Positions 59,315 through 64,000 of a stretch of DNA of 64,000 nt are shown piece by piece. Source of the stretch: Diadema antillarum (Eukaryota); NCBI RefSeq assembly GCF_040938485.1, contig NW_027272178.1:124001-188000 (forward strand), read 5' to 3'. The notes under the pieces are model-generated. The model was not told the origin of the DNA and searched no databases. It saw only the letters and a program-made list of their open reading frames with translations. The translations under genes and the position numbers were made by a program. Within the stretch, counting starts at the first letter, position 1, and each line of letters opens with the position of its first letter.

Positions 59315-61277
59315 TCACAGTTCTATACTTATTTTTGCGTCACCTCGACTAATCACGTTCATGTCAGAGGTGAATTTCTGCATATCCGGAAGGAAAAATC
59401 GCATGTAATCGCGGCCGAGTGAATCCGTGAGATCTCTGGCGCCGATTCCCGTGTAGAATGCTTTGGTGCCTGCATCCTCGGAAAGAATGTCCCAGTCCAT
59501 ACTCCCGTAACCACAGTCCACGCAGTCCTGTAGGAGGGCACACCAAGTTCACATAATTTATCGCAGAGTACACGAGGAACAAGCGATAATGTGCTAAAAA
59601 GAATAAATAAACGAACAGGTAATAGTCATGATTGTCATATTCTTATGCACAAATTATTAAAAGCAGAATTCTGAATCTAAACAAAAAAAGACGCAATTAT
59701 TGTTTTGCTTAATCGGCATTATATGCATATGTTACCGCTCCAAGAAAGCATGTTTGATGTCAAAATATCATACATTTCTCTCTCTCTTTTTTTTTTTTTG
59801 GGGGGGGGGGGAAGGGGGGGGGTGAGCCAATGTATGACATCATTTCTTTTCCTTTGGAGGGGAATATTGTTTGACTTCATTCTCAAGTTTCTGTTAAAGA
59901 CTTATTTACGTTCAAACACAAATTTGGACTATACGTATGTTTTTTTTTTAGTTTCATACAATATATCAATACTACATAATATATAATACTTCTCCATGCG
60001 ACCTACTTTCGCTGCAGCTTTCATCAAAGCTTTGCCGAGTTTTTTCCCTGAAAGGAAATAGAGAAAGAAACATTTACAACGATTTGTAAGCCATCACACG
60101 ATCATACAATCAACAATAACAAGATCCATGTATACACAGACTTTACCAATCACATCAGATAGCAAATGGGAAGCACATCTTAAAGGCGATTTCCCCCTTT
60201 TTTCATACATTTCCTACAAAAACATGAATACATAATGGGTGACATATTTGTCACACAGTTGAAAAAAAATACAAATGCGATGTGACTAAAGGCTGAACTG
60301 CCCTATTGGAGATATAACACGTGACACAGGTACTACAGCATCTTCCTATATACAAAAGAGTATCGAGCAATATCAAGGATGAAGGTAGGCGCAGAAAGGG
60401 TAATGATGTCAAACGTTTTCGCATAAAGAAAAGGAGTTCTCTAAATTTTCGTATAAAGTCGAACTGGCAATCACTCAAAGGCACCGTTTACGGTTAACTG
60501 GTGTCGGCATGTTTTGCCGGTGTGACGCCAGTGGAGTGCAATTCATGGATGTGCCATCATATAGGCCATTTAGAATTTCTGTGTTCGGAGGAAGTTGGGT
60601 AGCGCATTTTCTACGAGCGACCACAATGTGAGAAGGGGGGGGGGGGACGCACCGTCGAAATTCATCCATAATCAACATTCTGCAGACAGTGATCAATTCT
60701 CAGTACCTCTGTGATCTTCATCCACGTACAACCCGCAGAGGAAGGCAATGGGACCGTGGAGAATATTGTACATATCATGCACTGCACCAAAGCCCACCAC
60801 GCTTCCCTCGCCCTGCTGCCCGGCCTCCTTCGTATCACACGATGGGAAGTATTCCACGACGTACATCTTGAGACGTGACCCATCCCCACTCAGTCCGTCC
60901 CTGCGCAGTACTGGGTTCAAGTTTAGACATTTAGGTTATCAGCAGGTACAGTTCACGTTATGTGTAGATGCAAAATATATGTAGCATATAATACGGTTTG
61001 GATATATACAGTACTATCTATGCAGTATACGTTTCGTATGATATCTCCATCAATGTTTCGTACAACGATTGAGAACGAGAACAGCAGTCAAATGTTAGGA
61101 GTAGCAGCCTAAAATATGAACAAAAAACAATACACGGTGTATCATGACAGTATACTTCTCCTAACCGTCTTCCGTGATCGTTGCCTTCGATTGCTCATGG
61201 TCCCCGAGTTCGCTCACGAGACGCATTAATGGGCCGAGGTCGCACTTCTTCGCTCTCCGGATAACGTAGGAAGACAT
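59315..61277 (-). CDS. SAT1/SAT2-family GNAT, paralog C, 189 aa. Exons 61277-61166, 60910-60707, 60047-60007, 59527-59315.
   Basis: MSSYVIRRAKKCDLGPLMRLVSELGDHE...LRRDGL...SVVGFGAVHDMYNILHGPIAFLCGLYVDEDHRG|KKLGKALMKAAAK|DCVDCG...TKAFYTGIGARDL. Exons of 112+204+41+213 nt are in frame with AG/GT boundaries. Confidence 0.9.
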
Positions 61278-61734
61278 GTCAGATCACTAGAGTCGTCCAT
61301 GAAATACAAGTTGTACTGATACATTGTACAAACAGCTGCTATTCCAATAGGTGGGAGTACAATATGAAGTGTGTAAGGTCTTTCGGAATCTCATCGCGAG
61401 GGCTCTCTGTTCTGTGGGGACCGACTCTGAGCCAATGAGCAAAGTCCACCAAAACCTCAATGCAGCTGAAAAGCTGAAATCATCATATTCCGTCTGTAAA
61501 CAGTTTGATCGTCCTATTGTGACCTTGGCATTGACAAACCCAAGCCGTGCCCATAGCGTTGCATTTTTTATTGATGATAATAGGCCAATTGACAGTTGCG
61601 TTGAACTCTATGGGTTATCAAAGCTCCCATGAAAGTGTAAAATCATTCCGAACAATATTGATACATAATACTGTTACATGTACTAGTAATATGTTTGGGG
61701 ACCTAACGCTGCTCGTATAGCGATCGAGTGTGTT

Positions 61735-61910
61735 CAATTCCTAGGAGTTATTGTTGATGAGCATCTGACTTGGAAAAAAAATTATTATACAATCTGTTAC
61801 CGACAAGGTTCTCAAATCAGTGTAGATGTCATGTGTAGAGTAAGATCAATATACATGTATTACCTGAGAGGACTTTAAGAATCTTTTACAATACCACTGT
61901 CCAAATTCAT
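61735..61910 (+). pseudogene. Old, degraded CR1-group LINE ORF2 remnant (C-terminal end of RT)
   Basis: Reads FLGVIVDEHLTWKK...KVLKSV...LPERTLRIFYN with frameshifts. Confidence 0.55.
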
Positions 61911-62310
61911 GAAATTCGTCGATGTAGGGCAATTTGTCAATCAGTTGCAATGCCATTGTTGTTGTTTTTTCTCATACCTGACTTAACTGTTGTATAGGCA
62001 ATACGGTTAAGATTCTCATTGTTAGATTGAAGGTACAGATGTATTACAAAAAAAATGAAAATAAAAATGGTTTGTCACCACTTTTGAAAAGCAGCCATTA
62101 TTCCTTCAGTACCATTTGATGAGTTAGTGTCATTTAATTGCTTGATTTTCTCTGCAATTTTGCCAATTTTCATATTCTCGAAGGAGTACGGATAGCCATA
62201 TATTCACTACTAGAGCCAAGCCTGCATACTCAGGAAAGAGTACGGCACTTGACAGACTCGACTGGAAGTAATTTCTGTGACATTTCGACTGCTTTTAAAC
62301 GCTTCCCAAA

Positions 62311-63099
62311 ATGGTCAACACCAGGGGAAATCCACCAACGGTAGCTGGAAAGAAGCAAGCCCGACCCGCAGGGGAGGTACTCGACGACTCAAAAAGCTGC
62401 CCCTCAGATGGCTTGCCCGTGGGCGGTCAACCGGAACTTGACACCAAAGTGGACATTGGATCTATTGTTGAGGCGATTATCCAGGCATTCACGGACAAAC
62501 GACTTGTCGAAAATCGCCTCGCCCCTGCCCTAGGACCGGCGCTACACGACTGCTTCATGCTGGAATTAGAAAAAAGAGACGCCAGAATCAAGCAACTTGA
62601 GAGCAAGCTGTGCAATGCTGAGGCTCGTGTTGAAGAACTGGAGCAATACTCCAGGCGTAACTGTCTGGTCATCCATGGGATCAAGGAAAACCCACATGAA
62701 AGCACAGATGAGCTGGTCAGCAAACTCGCAAAGGATCAACTGGGAGTTGAAGTCCAGCCTCAGGACATCGACAGGTCTCACAGGATTGGCGAGAAGGGCA
62801 GACTAGACAGGAATGGCCATGCTCTACCTCGTCCCATCATCACCAAGTTTGCCATCTATGGTCCCAGATCGCGCATCTATGCCGCCAGATCAAAGCTCAA
62901 GTCCACACGCATCTTCATCCATGAAAATCTCACCATCGAAAGACAAAAGCTGCTGAGAAAGGTGAGAACAAAATATCCTCCCCCAAATAACAAGGTATGG
63001 ACACAGGATGGCAAAATCAAGGTCAGAACTGCCAACAATGTGTTCACAATTGCGTCCCATGACGACTGGACGGAACATTGTAAGCATACACATACCTAA
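62311..63099 (+). CDS. LINE ORF1 protein (coiled coil, RRM and C-terminal domain; L1-type), 262 aa
   Basis: RIKQLESKL...VEELEQYSRRNCLVIHGI, DIDRSHRIG, PRPIITKF, IFIHENLT and VWTQDGKI. Confidence 0.88.
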   Translation: MVNTRGNPPTVAGKKQARPAGEVLDDSKSCPSDGLPVGGQPELDTKVDIGSIVEAIIQAFTDKRLVENRLAPALGPALHDCFMLELEKRDARIKQLESKLCNAEARVEELEQYSRRNCLVIHGIKENPHESTDELVSKLAKDQLGVEVQPQDIDRSHRIGEKGRLDRNGHALPRPIITKFAIYGPRSRIYAARSKLKSTRIFIHENLTIERQKLLRKVRTKYPPPNNKVWTQDGKIKVRTANNVFTIASHDDWTEHCKHTHT

Positions 63100-63290
63100 C
63101 ATGACCGCATCTGTTTATATACAGTTGCTATGGACGCTAAATCGCCGGCTGGTTTTGCAGAATGTTAACACAAACGGCTCCGTACGCCTTTTGTTAGCTG
63201 AACTTGTGAACTTTTGATTTTGCAATATCCGTATTAATCCTTCCCAGCAACTTGTTATGTGTTATGTAACTATATAAATGTTATGTCCGT

Positions 63291-64000
63291 ATGAAGTGCA
63301 CTTTTTGTTCGAACACCGTAAGATCGAATCACAAGATACAGTATGTGTATGTGAATTGTGCGAAAAGCAATGTCATGAGACATGCTACATGTCAAGCTGT
63401 TCGCTGCACTTAAATCCAAAATGTTATATTTGTCCTTCGTGTATCTCAAACGAATTGCCATTTAACCACATACTTGAAGATGATGATTTTCACAGAGAAT
63501 TATTCTCTTTTTTTCACTACTCTAGCAGTGATATCTCATTTGAATCAGGTCTTGACTCCCACGTTTTTGATGTGTTTGGCATGAATAGTGATGATAATGT
63601 TTCCATCAATAATCTAGAAAGTCCATGTAATTATTATTTCAATGACACTTTCAATCACAAATTTCTGAAATGTCAAAACGAGGCTGTATTCTCCCTATTT
63701 CATTTGAATGCTCAGAGTTTGTCTGCAAAGTACGAATGCTTAACCGACTATCTGAGTAGCCTTTGCCATAAATTTTCAATTTATGCTTTCACTGAGACTT
63801 GGTTTAACTCGAATTTGTCCTCCCTTTACAATATGCCAGGTTATTCTTTGTTACATAGATCACGTGAAGGAAGAAGAGGAGGAGGGGTTTGTTTCTATGT
63901 GGAATCTAAATACGTGTTTAAGGAAAGAGATGATTTGGTGTTTTGCAACGAATATACAGATACTTTATTTATTGAAATTGATATGAAGCACGCAAAGAAT
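63291..64000 (+). CDS. LINE ORF2 N-terminus (PHD-like finger and AP endonuclease), frameshifted near 63345-63350, 3'-partial
   Basis: MKCTFC... in one frame. CELCEKQCHETC...CPSC, ELPF, FHLNAQSL, FTETW and RRGGGVCFYV are in a second frame open from 63350 to the window end. Confidence 0.8.

Larger units (their letters stand above)
62100..64000 (+). mobile_element. 5' part of a CR1-group (Crack/Daphne/Kiri-like) LINE running off the window; 5' boundary approximate
   Basis: Intact ORF1 followed by a spacer and an ORF2 start with a PHD-like finger and AP endonuclease motifs. Confidence 0.85.

Overview
AT-rich, repeat-dense animal genomic DNA, probably a deuterostome invertebrate and sea-urchin-like. 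This taxonomy is inferred only from repeat style and the Gmr1 element. There are two short N gaps. Genes reconstructed by hand from splice signals: (i) the 5' part of an SLC49A4/DIRC2-like MFS transporter on the minus strand; (ii) an 8-exon gene on the plus strand for an unrecognised ~414-aa secreted, Cys-free, very acidic (granin-like) protein; (iii) three tandem, strongly diverged, 4-exon SAT1/SAT2 (SSAT)-family GNAT acetyltransferase genes on the minus strand. All three SAT-like paralogs replace the conserved E92-D93 pair with Cys-Gly and lose G104 of the acetyl-CoA loop. The middle paralog also lacks the catalytic Tyr140. Intron 2 of that middle paralog holds a very young 8.5-kb Gmr1-type Ty3/gypsy LTR retrotransposon (PR-INT-RT-RH order, SCAN-like Gag, tRNA-Pro PBS, 1848-bp LTRs differing at one visible site, frameshifting deletion in integrase), nested inside a CACTA-like MITE. 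Its LTRs carry strong splice signals. Also present are a 5'-truncated L2 LINE, the 5' end of a CR1-group LINE with a PHD finger, Helentron-associated elements (one carrying nascent satellite arrays), many MITEs, tRNA-derived SINE heads and a candidate minimal hammerhead ribozyme. All coordinates and alignments were done by eye; no database searches were run.
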